A DNA stretch of 64,000 bases from Acidobacteriota bacterium (GCA_049967655.1 JBMFSH010000001.1:64001-128000), one strand, 5' to 3'; positions 30,345 through 40,558 are shown, counted from the first letter of the stretch. A program made the numbers and translations. The notes: generated by a model not told the origin, from the letters alone.

Positions 30345-32084
30345 GTGAAGAGCGGAGTGGGGTCCATCTTATCGATCTTCCTCAGACACCGCGGCAAGGT
30401 GGCCCTCGGAGTGGTCTGTCTGTTAATCACCGACGGGGCCCAGCTGACCATACCGCTCGTCGTCAAGAGGGTTATCGACGGATTGGCCGGGGGGAGTGCC
30501 ACGAGGGCGTGGCTCGGAGAGCAGGCCTTGGTTCTGTGCGCGCTGGCCTCCATCGTGGCGGCCTTCCGTTTCGCCTGGCGCCACTTTTTCTTCAGCACCG
30601 CTCGGTCGGCCGAGCTGGAACTGCGGAACCGGATCCTCGACCACGCGCTCTCCCTGAAGAGCCGCTTCTTCAACCAGACGCGCACGGGCGAGTTCATGGC
30701 CCTGGCCACCAACGACGTGGAATCCGTGCGCCAGGCCATCGCCATGGGATTCGTGGCGGGCTTCGACGGCTCCGTCTACGCGCTCGTCGGGATCGCCGCC
30801 ATGTTCTGGCTGGACCCCGTCCTCGCTCTCTTGACCATCCTGCCCCTGCCGCTCCTGGCTGTGCTGATGGGCCTCTCCCTCAAGGCGGTCTACAACCGGT
30901 GGGATGCCGTGCAGGCTGCCTTCGAGGGGCTCACCGAGAAGACCCGCGAGTCCGTCGCCGGCATCCGCGTCCTGCGGGCCTACGGCCGGGCGGCGGAGGA
31001 TTCGGCCGATTTCGAACGGGGAAACGAAGACTACTTTCAGAAGTACATGCGCTATGTCACCGTCGACGCCTTCTTCCACCCGGCGGTTCTGCTTCTCGCG
31101 GGGAGCAGCGTGGCGATACTTCTCGGCGCAGGCGGTCTGCGGGTGATGGAGGGGCAGACCTCCATCGGCTCGTTCGTGGCCTTCACCTCCTACCTGGGCA
31201 TGCTCACCTGGCCCATGATCGCGGCGGGGTGGATGCTGAGTCTGGTCCAGCGCGCCGCCGCCTCCATGGACCGCATCAACCATCTCCTGCAGATCCGGGA
31301 CACGGAGCAGCGAGGGGATCCTCGCCCATCCGGTCCCACCCCTCCGATCCGCGGCCGGGTGGAAGCAAGGAATCTGACCTTCTCTTTTCCGGACCAGGAG
31401 AGGGCGGCGCTCTCGGAAGTCAGCTTCCTCCTCGAACCGGGGGAGAGCCTGGGCGTCGTAGGGCAGGTGGGCGCGGGTAAGAGTGCCCTGGCTCAGCTCG
31501 TGTGCCGCCTGCACGACCCTCCCCCCGGCAGCCTGATGGTGGACGGAAAGGACGTGCTCGATCTCCCGCTGGAGACCCTGAGAAGGGCCGTGGCGTATGT
31601 CCCGCAGGAGGCCTTCCTCTTCAGCGACACCATCGCGGAGAACCTGCGCGTCGCCCGGCCCGGCGCCACCATCGAGGAGATGGAGCGGGTCTGCAAGCTG
31701 GCCTCGCTGCACGGCGAGATCCTCTCCTTCCCCAGGGGCTACGAAACCCTGCTGGGGGAGCGGGGGGTCACGCTCTCGGGCGGGCAGAAGCAGCGCCTCT
31801 GCCTGGCCAGGGCGCTGCTCAAGGAGGCCCCCATCCTGGTGTTGGACGATACCCTTTCGGCCGTGGATGCCGATGTGGAGCGCAGGATTCTCGCCGGGCT
31901 GAGGGGGGCCGTCCGGAACCGAACCCTCATCGTCATCAGCCATCGGGTCAGCGCGGTGCGAGACCTCATGCGCATCCTGTGCCTGGAAGACGGAAGGGTG
32001 ATCCAGTCGGGCGCCCATGACGAGCTTTCGGCGGTTCCGGGCTTCTACCAACGGATGGTCGAGTTGCAGGAGGTGGAGGAGTGA
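30345..32084 (+). CDS. ABC exporter subunit, fused TMD-NBD (MdlA/YheI-like)
   Basis: TM domain; GQVGAGKS; LSGGQKQR; degenerate Walker B LVLDDTLSAVD; start uncertain. Confidence 0.92.
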   Translation: MKSGVGSILSIFLRHRGKVALGVVCLLITDGAQLTIPLVVKRVIDGLAGGSATRAWLGEQALVLCALASIVAAFRFAWRHFFFSTARSAELELRNRILDHALSLKSRFFNQTRTGEFMALATNDVESVRQAIAMGFVAGFDGSVYALVGIAAMFWLDPVLALLTILPLPLLAVLMGLSLKAVYNRWDAVQAAFEGLTEKTRESVAGIRVLRAYGRAAEDSADFERGNEDYFQKYMRYVTVDAFFHPAVLLLAGSSVAILLGAGGLRVMEGQTSIGSFVAFTSYLGMLTWPMIAAGWMLSLVQRAAASMDRINHLLQIRDTEQRGDPRPSGPTPPIRGRVEARNLTFSFPDQERAALSEVSFLLEPGESLGVVGQVGAGKSALAQLVCRLHDPPPGSLMVDGKDVLDLPLETLRRAVAYVPQEAFLFSDTIAENLRVARPGATIEEMERVCKLASLHGEILSFPRGYETLLGERGVTLSGGQKQRLCLARALLKEAPILVLDDTLSAVDADVERRILAGLRGAVRNRTLIVISHRVSAVRDLMRILCLEDGRVIQSGAHDELSAVPGFYQRMVELQEVEE

Positions 32085-32111
32085 GGGCAACGCCGACGAC
32101 GGAAGAAAGGA

Positions 32112-32311
32112 ATTCGCCACGAAGGCACCAAGGCACGAAGGAATTGGGATGGCGAATTGAAAAGGGCAAACCACAGAGACACCGAGGCACAGAGGATTTG
32201 GGGTTTGGGATTGGCGAACCCGCTCTTCCTCCACTCTCCACGTCCAGCCCGAAAGATTTAGGATGAGAGGAAAGCCGCGGATGACGGTTCTTTCACTTTT
32301 TACTTTTTCGC
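32112..32311. repeat. Intergenic mosaic of 7/8-bp tandem repeat blocks
   Basis: CACSAAGG x3 (32118-32141); CACMGAGR x3 (32172-32195); GATTTGG-like x3 (32195-32215); TTTYACT-like near 32291-32311. Confidence 0.75.
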
Positions 32312-32318
32312 CCCGCTG

Positions 32319-34388
32319 ATGGCGATCCAGCGGGAGGAAGAAAGGCTTGGCGCGTTCACGCTGTTCCGGCATTTTCGCCGGATCATGGCGTACGTACGCG
32401 GCCAGCGATGGCTGCTGGCGCTCTGTGTAGTCGGCTCCATGATTCTGGCCGGCCTGGAGCTCGCCCTTCCCCTGATCACCCGCCGGGCTATCGACTCCTA
32501 TATCCTGCCTCCCTACCAGCTCGTGGAGCTCAAGGATCCGGCCCTCGCGCGGCGGCTGGCCTCGGTTCCCAGCTACACGCCCGAAGTGGGCGGCCGCCGG
32601 GCCTTCGTGAAAACCACAGATCTGACCAAGGCCCAGCGGGAGGAGTTGGAGCTGCGTGGCCTCACCTCGAAGGAGCGGTACTACCGCCTTCCCTACGCCG
32701 GCCGGGACCACGCAAGCCAGTTCTTGTCGGCCTCGTCGCTGGATCGCCTGCCCGCTCCCCAGCGAAGGCGCCTTCTGGGCCCCCAGCGGAGCGGCATCAC
32801 CGGTTTGGCCTTCTGGTACCTGGCCCTGCTGATTGCCAACTTCCTTCTCAGCTACGGGGTGTCGGTGGGGCTGAACCGGCTGGGCCAGAGGGCGGTCCAG
32901 CGCATGCGGGGCCAGCTCTTCTCGCACCTGCACCGCCTGCCCATCCGCTATTTCGACGAGAATCCGGTGGGGCGCCTGGTGACGCGGGTGAACAACGACA
33001 CGGCCACCCTTTCGGAACTGTTCACCGAGGTGGTGGCCACGGCCGTGAGCGACGTGGCCCTCTTCGCGGGGATCCTGGCCGTCCTCCTGAGCCTGGACGC
33101 GGGGCTCACGGAACACCTCCTCCTCCTGGCTCCGCCGCTCGTACTCCTGGCGCTCTGGTTCAAGGCCGCATCGCAGAAGATCTACCGGGAGATCCGGGTC
33201 CAGCTGGCCAAGATCAACACCTTCCTTCAGGAGGCCGTGCAGGGAATCACGGTCCTCAAGAGCTTCACCTTCGAGGGCAAGGCGTTTGACCGCTTCAACG
33301 ACCTCGGCGTGGCCTACTACAAGACCCAGATGCGTCTCATCTACATCTTCGCGGTGTTTCGCCCGCTCATCGACGCCTTCGCCACCTCCGCCGTGGCCAT
33401 CGTGGTCTGGACGGGGGGCGGTCAGGTGCTCCGCCAGCAGCTGAGCATCGGCACCATGGTGGCCTTCCTGCTCTACCTGCGGATGCTCTTCATGCCCCTT
33501 CAGGACCTGGCCGAAAAATTCAACATCGTGCAGAGCAGCGTGGTGGCGAGCGAGCGCCTCTTCAAAATCCTGGATACGGCCGCCGAGGACCCGGGCCTCG
33601 GACGATCGCCCGCCCAGCCTTGCGGAAGCATCCAGTTCCAGGACGTCAGCTTCGCCTACGAGGAGGGCCAGCCCGTCCTCGATCGGGTCACCTTCGAGGT
33701 CCCGTGCGGGAAGACGGTGGCGCTGGTGGGGGCCACCGGCTCGGGCAAGACCACCATCACCTCCCTTCTGCTCCGGTTTTACGATCTGCAGCCCGGGCAC
33801 GGCAGCATCCTCGTGGACTCGATCCCCATCCGGGACTGGGACGTACAAGAGCTACGGAGCCAGTTCGCCTTCGTCCAACAGGATCTCTTCCTCTTCGCCG
33901 GCAGCCTCCAGAACAACATCACCCTTTTCCGGGAGGTGCCACCAGAACGCCTGCGCGCGGCCCTGGAGGCAAGCCGGGCGCAGATGATCCTGGACAAGCT
34001 TCCCGACGGCCTCCGCCACAGGCTGAACGAGCGAGGCACCACGCTTTCCCAGGGCGAGCGTCAGCTGGTCTCCTTCGCCCGGGCCCTGGTGGCCGACCCG
34101 AGGATTCTGGTGCTGGACGAGGCCACGGCGAGCGTGGACAGCCAGACCGAGGCGCTGATCCAGCAGGCCCTGAAGGATCTACTGAAGGGGAGGACGGCCC
34201 TCGTGGTCGCCCACCGGCTTTCCACCGTCCAAGACGCCGACAAGATCCTCGTTCTCAAGAAGGGGCGGATCGTGGAGCAGGGGACCCACGCGGAACTGCT
34301 GGCCGCGGGCGGCCTCTACGCGCACCTCTATCGCACCCAGCTTTCCGGCGGGCGGAACCTTCCCCAGGTGGCCTTGCCGGGGGCGTAA
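32319..34388 (+). CDS. ABC exporter subunit, fused TMD-NBD (MdlB/YheH-like)
   Basis: PVGRLVTRVNND; GATGSGKTT; LSQGERQL; LVLDEATASVD; AHRLST. Confidence 0.93.
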   Translation: MAIQREEERLGAFTLFRHFRRIMAYVRGQRWLLALCVVGSMILAGLELALPLITRRAIDSYILPPYQLVELKDPALARRLASVPSYTPEVGGRRAFVKTTDLTKAQREELELRGLTSKERYYRLPYAGRDHASQFLSASSLDRLPAPQRRRLLGPQRSGITGLAFWYLALLIANFLLSYGVSVGLNRLGQRAVQRMRGQLFSHLHRLPIRYFDENPVGRLVTRVNNDTATLSELFTEVVATAVSDVALFAGILAVLLSLDAGLTEHLLLLAPPLVLLALWFKAASQKIYREIRVQLAKINTFLQEAVQGITVLKSFTFEGKAFDRFNDLGVAYYKTQMRLIYIFAVFRPLIDAFATSAVAIVVWTGGGQVLRQQLSIGTMVAFLLYLRMLFMPLQDLAEKFNIVQSSVVASERLFKILDTAAEDPGLGRSPAQPCGSIQFQDVSFAYEEGQPVLDRVTFEVPCGKTVALVGATGSGKTTITSLLLRFYDLQPGHGSILVDSIPIRDWDVQELRSQFAFVQQDLFLFAGSLQNNITLFREVPPERLRAALEASRAQMILDKLPDGLRHRLNERGTTLSQGERQLVSFARALVADPRILVLDEATASVDSQTEALIQQALKDLLKGRTALVVAHRLSTVQDADKILVLKKGRIVEQGTHAELLAAGGLYAHLYRTQLSGGRNLPQVALPGA

Positions 34389-34427
34389 GCGGGGGAGGTG
34401 GATGACGGGTGGAAAGATAAAGACTCA

Positions 34428-34473
34428 CGCGAAGGCGCCAAGGCACGAAGGATTTCGGATTGGCGAATCCACT
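34428..34473. repeat. CRCSAAGG x3 tandem block plus tail shared with 32195-32225
   Basis: CGCGAAGG CGCCAAGG CACGAAGG then GGATTGGCGAA, also seen at 32208. Confidence 0.7.
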
Positions 34474-34714
34474 CGTCCCCGGCCCCCTCACCTTCCACCC
34501 TTCACCCCCGCCGATTGTGATAAGAGCGCTCCCCAGCGACCGTGCCTCGTTTCCTCCCTGGTCAATCATCCAGCGGAGCGGCATGGCATTGGTGGGGCCG
34601 GATGCGCTACCATGAATACGCTCGCCGATTCCCCGCCCACGGGTGGGAGAGGTACGTGGCCGGGCGGCTAACGGACTGGGCGTCAGGGGAAACGGGCCGG
34701 CAAGGAGGATAGAG

Positions 34715-35275
34715 ATGGACCGCATCGAGGGAGCGCTCGGAATCGAAATCGGCGGCGCCACCGCAGAACGGGTCGTGCTGGCCGCGTTTTTCCTGCTGGG
34801 CACCGTGCTCGGGGCCTACGTGTGGATTCCCCTTCCCTTCACTCCCGTTCCAGTTACCCTCCAGACGCTTTTCGTGCTTCTCGGCGGTGCCTGGCTGGGG
34901 CGAAACTGGGCCGCGGTGGTCCAGACCGCCTATCTGGCCGTGGGCGCCTCGGGGCTGGCCGTCTTTGCGGGGGCCGCGGCCGGGGCGTTCGTTCTCGCGG
35001 GACCGGATGCCGGCTACCTGTGGGGCTTCCTCCCAGCCTCCCTCCTGGTGGGGACGCTTTGGGGCAGGGCCGGCGGGCGCTTGGCCTCGCGCGTGGCCCT
35101 GCTGGCCGGTGCCGACCTCATTATCCTCCTGATGGGCGCCGCTTGGCTGGCCTTCGTATTGCACTTGGACCCAGCTCGCGCCTTCCTCATGGGGATTGCC
35201 CCCTTCGTCCCCGGCGAGGTTGTCAAGGTTCTGGCGGCCTCGGTGCTAGCGCCGCCAGGACGCCCGCGGGGCTGA
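34715..35275 (+). CDS. bioY: Biotin transporter S component
   Basis: IPLPFTPVPVTLQT, GLAVFAG, GPDAGYLWGF, PFVPGEVVK. Confidence 0.92.
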   Translation: MDRIEGALGIEIGGATAERVVLAAFFLLGTVLGAYVWIPLPFTPVPVTLQTLFVLLGGAWLGRNWAAVVQTAYLAVGASGLAVFAGAAAGAFVLAGPDAGYLWGFLPASLLVGTLWGRAGGRLASRVALLAGADLIILLMGAAWLAFVLHLDPARAFLMGIAPFVPGEVVKVLAASVLAPPGRPRG

Positions 35276-35475
35276 CCTTCCGCATCCCCGGAAGGGGCGG
35301 CTCCAGAAAACCGCTGCCCTCCCTGCTGTCCGCCTTGGGGTGGAGAGCGTGTTGTGCCCTCGTCCAACATCGAGAAAAATTCTGCCACCGCTGCCTCCAC
35401 CCCTTCCGGCCTCACGCGCCGCCATCGCCTCCGTTTCAGCGCCGCGGGAGTTTCCGGGTGGTTGTCATGATTGAC

Positions 35476-35504
35476 TTGACAGGAAGAAGGAAACCCATTA
35501 CATT
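35476..35504 (+). promoter_or_regulatory. Near-consensus sigma70 promoter
   Basis: TTGACA-17 bp-TACATT upstream of AGGAGGAG RBS. Confidence 0.7.
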
Positions 35505-35545
35505 CGAAGAAATAGGTAAGGGCCTATTCCTTAGGAGGAGAAAAG

Positions 35546-36175
35546 ATGACAACTATGCCGTACCGAATTCACATCCGCCACGGGGAGTTCGAACTGGACG
35601 TCGAAGGAGACCGCGGCTTTGTGGAGTCGTACATCGAAGCCTTCCTTGCCGAGGGCGGCATACCGGAGGTCCGGGCCGGAAAGCGCCCCAGGGCGGGCAA
35701 GCCCGAGGAGGAGAAAGCCGTCCCCCGCAAGCGGCCTATCCCCGAGGTGGACAAGGCCGCGCTGAAGTCCTTCATGGCAGGAAAGGAGCCCCGCAGCAAC
35801 AAGGAGCGATACCTGTATTACATCCAGTTCTGGCGGGAGGAGGGCGTGAACGAGGTGTCGGACGCCCACATCCATGCCTGTTTCATCGCCGATGGCCTTT
35901 CGATCCCTCCCACGGGGCGCCAGCACTTCAGCACCCTCAGGAATGAAGGGGTGCTCACGGCGGGGAGCACCCGTGGCCTCTGGAAGCTGAAGGTGCCGGC
36001 CGAAAAGGTCGACCAGAGCCCGGCAAGGAAAGCCGCTGCCGGAGGCAAGGCGGTGGCCAAGCCGAGGGCGAGTGCCGTTGAGGCCGCGGTCACAAAGAGG
36101 CCGAAGCGGAGGGGGCCGGCCCGCCGCAAGACCCCCAAAAGCGTGGCGGAGGTCATGGGCACCGAGGAACCGTAA
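35546..36175 (+). CDS. Hypothetical basic protein, putative DNA-binding (winged-helix-like core, K/A/R-rich tail)
   Basis: Strong RBS, own promoter and terminator; protein-like composition; no family recognised. Confidence 0.75.
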   Translation: MTTMPYRIHIRHGEFELDVEGDRGFVESYIEAFLAEGGIPEVRAGKRPRAGKPEEEKAVPRKRPIPEVDKAALKSFMAGKEPRSNKERYLYYIQFWREEGVNEVSDAHIHACFIADGLSIPPTGRQHFSTLRNEGVLTAGSTRGLWKLKVPAEKVDQSPARKAAAGGKAVAKPRASAVEAAVTKRPKRRGPARRKTPKSVAEVMGTEEP

Positions 36176-36198
36176 AAACGCTCCTCCGCTTCGAGCAG

Positions 36199-36228
36199 GA
36201 GGCCGTCCACCCGGGCGGCCTCTTTGTC
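36199..36228 (+). terminator. Intrinsic terminator-like hairpin
   Basis: GAGGCCGTCC-ACCC-GGGCGGCCTC followed by TTTGT. Confidence 0.6.
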
Positions 36229-36557
36229 TCCAGGGAGCTTCCACGGGCCATCTCCGCCGGCGAGAACGGATGGAGCGGTTGCCAAGAGGGATTCTAATCC
36301 CTCCGAGGAGCTGGCGGTTGGACGCGGACAATCCGCCGGCCACGGCACCCGAGCGATGACCCGCCACCCGGCTGCGGGACCCTCGGGAATCCGCCGGTTT
36401 CGCCGAGGACCCATCTCCCTCGCGAAGCCGGGTACGCCTCGCCGCGTGTGAAAGCCGTTTCGAAATGCGGTACGCTACGTGGCGTACGCCGGGTGCCGAC
36501 GGAGGGCGCGGATGGGCGCTCCGGGAGCAGCGGGGGCGGAGAGACCGAGGAGCCGCC

Positions 36558-37754
36558 ATGCCGAACAAGTTTCAGGGACTGGACTACTACCGGTTGGACG
36601 ACCTGCTGGACGACGGACAGAGGATGGTCCGCGACACGGTCCGCGGCTGGGTGGAGGAGCGGGTGCTCCCGATCATCGCGGGCCACTACCGCGAGGGTAC
36701 CTTCCCCCTGGCACTGGTGCCCGAGATGGCCGGCATGGGACTGCTGGGCGCCACCCTGCCCGAACGGTACGGTTGCGCAGGCCTTGACAATATAGCGGCC
36801 GGGCTGATCATGCAGGAGCTGGAGCGGGGAGATTCGGCCCTGCGCTCCTTTGCCTCGGTCCAGAGCTCGCTGGTCATGTATCCGATCTTCACCTACGGCT
36901 CCCAGGAGCAGAGGGACCGCTGGCTGCCCTCTCTGATGAAGGGAGAGTCCATCGGGTGCTACGGTCTGACCGAACCCGACGCGGGCAGCGACCCCTCCTC
37001 CATGAAGACCAGGGCGGTGCGGCGGGGAGACGAGTGGGTCCTGAACGGCTCCAAGATGTGGATCACCAACGGCACCATCGCCGACGTAGCCGTCGTGTGG
37101 GCCAAGACCGACGACGGCATCCAGGGGTTCCTCGTGGAAAAGGGGATGAAGGGGTTCTCGGCGCCGGAGATGAAGGGGAAGCTATCCCTCCGGGCATCGG
37201 TCACCTCGGAGCTGATCTTCGAGGAGGTGCTCGTGCCCGAGTCCAACCGCCTGCCGGGCGTGAAGGGCCTGCGGGGCCCCCTGTCCTGCCTCAACCAAGC
37301 CCGATACGGCATCGCCTGGGGAGCCGTGGGGGCTGCCATGGCCTGCTACGACGAGGCGCTCCGTTACGCGAGAGAGCGGATCATGTTCGAGGGGCCGATC
37401 GCGCGCTTCCAGTTGGTGCAGGACAAGCTCGTCTGGATGGTGAACGAGATCACCAAGGCCCAGCTGATGGTGTGGAGGCTCGGAGGCATGAAGGATGCCG
37501 GGACTCTCCGTCACCAGCAGGTGAGCCTGGCCAAGATGAACTGCGTGGCCATGGCTCGGGAGTGCGCCCGAATGGCGAGGGACATCGAAGGCGCCAACGG
37601 GATTCTGGACGAGTACGTGGCCATGCGGCACATGCAGAATTTGGAGAGCGTCTACACCTACGAGGGCACCCACGACATCCACAAGCTGGTGGTGGGGGCG
37701 GACGTGACTGGGTACGAGGCCTTCCGCGCTGATGCCCACCCGGTGAAAGAATGA
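36558..37754 (+). CDS. gcdH: Acyl-CoA dehydrogenase, glutaryl-CoA dehydrogenase-like
   Basis: ELERGDSALRSFASVQSSLVMYPI, GCYGLTEPDAGSDP, SLRASVT, LESVYTYEGTHDIH. Confidence 0.85.
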   Translation: MPNKFQGLDYYRLDDLLDDGQRMVRDTVRGWVEERVLPIIAGHYREGTFPLALVPEMAGMGLLGATLPERYGCAGLDNIAAGLIMQELERGDSALRSFASVQSSLVMYPIFTYGSQEQRDRWLPSLMKGESIGCYGLTEPDAGSDPSSMKTRAVRRGDEWVLNGSKMWITNGTIADVAVVWAKTDDGIQGFLVEKGMKGFSAPEMKGKLSLRASVTSELIFEEVLVPESNRLPGVKGLRGPLSCLNQARYGIAWGAVGAAMACYDEALRYARERIMFEGPIARFQLVQDKLVWMVNEITKAQLMVWRLGGMKDAGTLRHQQVSLAKMNCVAMARECARMARDIEGANGILDEYVAMRHMQNLESVYTYEGTHDIHKLVVGADVTGYEAFRADAHPVKE

Positions 37755-37776
37755 CCGGCAAGTCCTGGAGGTAGCC

Positions 37777-38259
37777 ATGCGGCCGAGAAGGTGCCTGGGC
37801 AAGGAAGCGGGGCGGCCGGGGGCAGGTCTCCCATCCGTCACGCGGCCCTGGTCTGCCAGGTTTTTTGCCTCTGATCGGTGGCCCCTCCTGCTCCTGCTGG
37901 GCCTTGCGGTGTTGGCCGCGCTGGGTTCCTGCGAGGGCAAGTCCAGCTCTCCGCCCCCGGCGGCCTTCAATCCCGGGCCGCCTATCCGCAAGGCCTTTAT
38001 CGTCAGCCTGGAATCGGCGAACGATGCGATCCTCCAGTACCAGATCGATAACGGCCAGATTCCGCAAGGCAAGGGCATGGATGTGCTGCTCAAGGCCGGC
38101 ATCCGGTCCGTCCCTTCGATAGACCCGTGGGGCGGCAAGGTGCGCTACGAGGGGCGAGGCAACACCTACACGCTGAGTTCGGCGGGGCCCGACAGGCAGT
38201 GGGGCACCCAGGACGACATAGTCATCAAGAACGGCCACCTGGTCGCGAATCCGCCCTGA
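37777..38259 (+). CDS. Putative lipoprotein carrying a GspG C-terminal domain
   Basis: LAALGSC lipobox-like; IDPWGGKVRY..YTLSSAGPDRQWGTQDDI; start uncertain. Confidence 0.7.
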   Translation: MRPRRCLGKEAGRPGAGLPSVTRPWSARFFASDRWPLLLLLGLAVLAALGSCEGKSSSPPPAAFNPGPPIRKAFIVSLESANDAILQYQIDNGQIPQGKGMDVLLKAGIRSVPSIDPWGGKVRYEGRGNTYTLSSAGPDRQWGTQDDIVIKNGHLVANPP

Positions 38260-38410
38260 ACCCGCCTTCGCGACGCGTTGAGGGGGCGGGGTGGCGGCCC
38301 GCTGCGCGGGCGGCGCCGGTGGGCGGCGTTCAAGGCTGTGGTATAGTTCCACGGCGGAGGTCTACCCGCCGTGGGCCGGGTCATCCAGCGTATTGAGAGG
38401 AGAAGGTGCG

Positions 38411-39259
38411 ATGGACGTGAAACTGTTCGGAGTCGTCGGGGGCGGGACGATGGGCAACGGGATTGCGCACGCGGCGGCGGCCAGCGGATTCCAGGTCCTC
38501 CTGTGCGAGGTGGACCAAGCCCTGTGCGACAAGGCCCTGCGTACCATCGATAAGAACCTTCAGCGCGGCGTGGACAAGGGCAAGATGAGCCCGGAGCTGA
38601 AGGCCGAGGTCCTGGGCCGCATCAAGACCACCACCCGGCTGGAAGAGATGGCGGGAGCGGACATCGTGGTGGAGGCCGTGGTGGAGAACTTCGAGGTCAA
38701 GAGGGGCGTCTTCCAGAAGCTGGACGCCGTTCTGGGGCCGGCGGCCCTGCTGGCCAGCAACACCTCCTCCATCTCCATCACCAAGCTGGCGACGTGCACG
38801 AAGCGCCCCGGCAGGGTCATCGGCATGCACTTCATGAACCCCGTGCCGGTGATGCAGCTCGTGGAGGTGATCCGCGGCATCGCCACGGATGACGAGGTCC
38901 TTCGGGAGGTCATGTCACTGGCGAAGGTTATGGGCAAGACGCCCGTGGAGGTGAACGACTACCCCGGCTTTGTCAGCAACCGGGTGCTCATGCCCATGAT
39001 CAACGAGGCGATCTACTGCCTCATGGAGGGGGTGGGCACGCCGGAGGCCATCGACACGGTCATGAAGCTCGGCATGAACCACCCCATGGGGCCGCTGACC
39101 CTCGCGGACCTCATCGGGCTGGATACCTGCCTGTTCATCCTCAACGTGCTGCACGAGGGGCTCGGCGACCCCAAGTACCGCCCGTGCCCACTGCTAGTGA
39201 AGATGGTGGATGCCGGCTTCCTGGGCCGGAAGACGGGACGGGGATTCTATAAGTACTAG
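38411..39259 (+). CDS. hbd: 3-hydroxybutyryl-CoA dehydrogenase
   Basis: [64 protein letters not shown]. Confidence 0.93.
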   Translation: MDVKLFGVVGGGTMGNGIAHAAAASGFQVLLCEVDQALCDKALRTIDKNLQRGVDKGKMSPELKAEVLGRIKTTTRLEEMAGADIVVEAVVENFEVKRGVFQKLDAVLGPAALLASNTSSISITKLATCTKRPGRVIGMHFMNPVPVMQLVEVIRGIATDDEVLREVMSLAKVMGKTPVEVNDYPGFVSNRVLMPMINEAIYCLMEGVGTPEAIDTVMKLGMNHPMGPLTLADLIGLDTCLFILNVLHEGLGDPKYRPCPLLVKMVDAGFLGRKTGRGFYKY

Positions 39260-39322
39260 GGCGGGGAGGCGGCGGAGGAATCGGGGAACGGCGGGTGTGT
39301 TCCTTGGACGCGGAGTAGAGCG

Positions 39323-40519
39323 ATGTTCTGCCAGCGCTGTGGGAAGAGAAACGAGCCGGACCTCGAGACGTGCAAGTACTGCAACGCACCGCTGCTCGTC
39401 CTGAAGCCGGACAGGGCCTCGGAGTCGGTGGACCTGCAGCCCTTCCTCGGCGTCGAGGATTACCTCATCGACAAGATCTCCACGGTGGCGCGCCAGGCCC
39501 ATCGGTCCTCCGAGGACGTGGACTTGCTCGTCCAGGCGGTGGACTTCCTCGAACGGAACGTCATGGTGAATCGGGCCGGCATCAACGTGCTGGTGAACAT
39601 GCTCCGAGAGCGCGGCCTGCTGGAGCCCAAGGAGTTCGACCGGCGGTGGCGCGACTGGACCCTCCGCAACCTGCGGGACCTCTACCGCAAGGAGCGCTTT
39701 CTGGATGCCAAGCCCCACATCCTGGCCACCTTCTCGGGCAAGAACCAGCGCCGCTTCGAGGAGCGCATCGGCCGGGCCGAGGATCTACTCTATTCGCTGC
39801 AATCCTCCAGAGCCCTGGAGGCCCTCGAGGAGGCCCAGGTCCTCGATCCCAACAACACGCCGCTCCTGGCCTATCTGGGCGAGGTCTACCTGGGACTCGG
39901 GCAGATCGAACGAGCCGAACGGTGCCTCTCCCGCGTCACCGGAAAAGCCGAGACCTCCGCGGCCGCCTTCGCCCACGCCGAACTGTGCGTGCGCCAAGGG
40001 CGCCTCGGGGAGGCCTCCAAGCGTTTGCAGGCGATCCTCAAGCTCCATCCGGAGGATCCCGAAGCCTGGACGCTGACGGCGCTGGTGAGGGCGCAGGAGG
40101 ATCGGTGGCCCGAGTGCCAGCGCTGCGCCCAGAAGGCGCTCGCGCTGGAGGACAACCCGGCCGCCATGTACCTCCTGGTGCAGGTTCACGTGCGGCGCGG
40201 CCGGGTCGCCAGCGCCGAGTCCCTCCTCGCGCAGCTGCTGGACGTGAGGCCCGATTCGGAGGAGGCCCTTCACCAGTTGGCCTTGCTCCACTTGGCGCGC
40301 GGATGGTGGGGCCGGGCCGGGGAGGTCTTGGACAGAATCAAGGAACTCAGGCCCTCCTTCGATGGGCATGAGCTGGTGGACCGGTTTCGCAGGGCCAGCG
40401 CCTCCCGCAGGAAGGAGATGCGCGTGCTTCCGGTGGTTCCGGAGCGCGTCCTGGAGCTGATGGATCGGGCATCGGAGGAGGCGAGCATGTACCTCCTGCA
40501 GGTGGGGGTCGAGGGGTGA
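39323..40519 (+). CDS. Zinc-ribbon plus TPR protein
   Basis: MFCQRCG..CKYCNAPL N-terminus; multiple TPR-like helical repeats. Confidence 0.8.
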   Translation: MFCQRCGKRNEPDLETCKYCNAPLLVLKPDRASESVDLQPFLGVEDYLIDKISTVARQAHRSSEDVDLLVQAVDFLERNVMVNRAGINVLVNMLRERGLLEPKEFDRRWRDWTLRNLRDLYRKERFLDAKPHILATFSGKNQRRFEERIGRAEDLLYSLQSSRALEALEEAQVLDPNNTPLLAYLGEVYLGLGQIERAERCLSRVTGKAETSAAAFAHAELCVRQGRLGEASKRLQAILKLHPEDPEAWTLTALVRAQEDRWPECQRCAQKALALEDNPAAMYLLVQVHVRRGRVASAESLLAQLLDVRPDSEEALHQLALLHLARGWWGRAGEVLDRIKELRPSFDGHELVDRFRRASASRRKEMRVLPVVPERVLELMDRASEEASMYLLQVGVEG

Positions 40520-40558
40520 GGACCCCTCCTCCAAAGACGGAGAGGAAGAGGTGAGTCC

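Noticed and set aside
30423..33848. 1141-aa minus-strand ORF and similar long antisense ORFs (43408-45576, 49959-52067, 10786-12474)
   Set aside because: They mirror well-supported plus-strand genes; stop-poor reverse frames are expected at this GC content
36230..36557. Hairpin-rich 330-bp spacer upstream of gcdH as a riboswitch or sRNA
   Set aside because: Only short GC-rich hairpins; no known motif or enclosing helix could be supported
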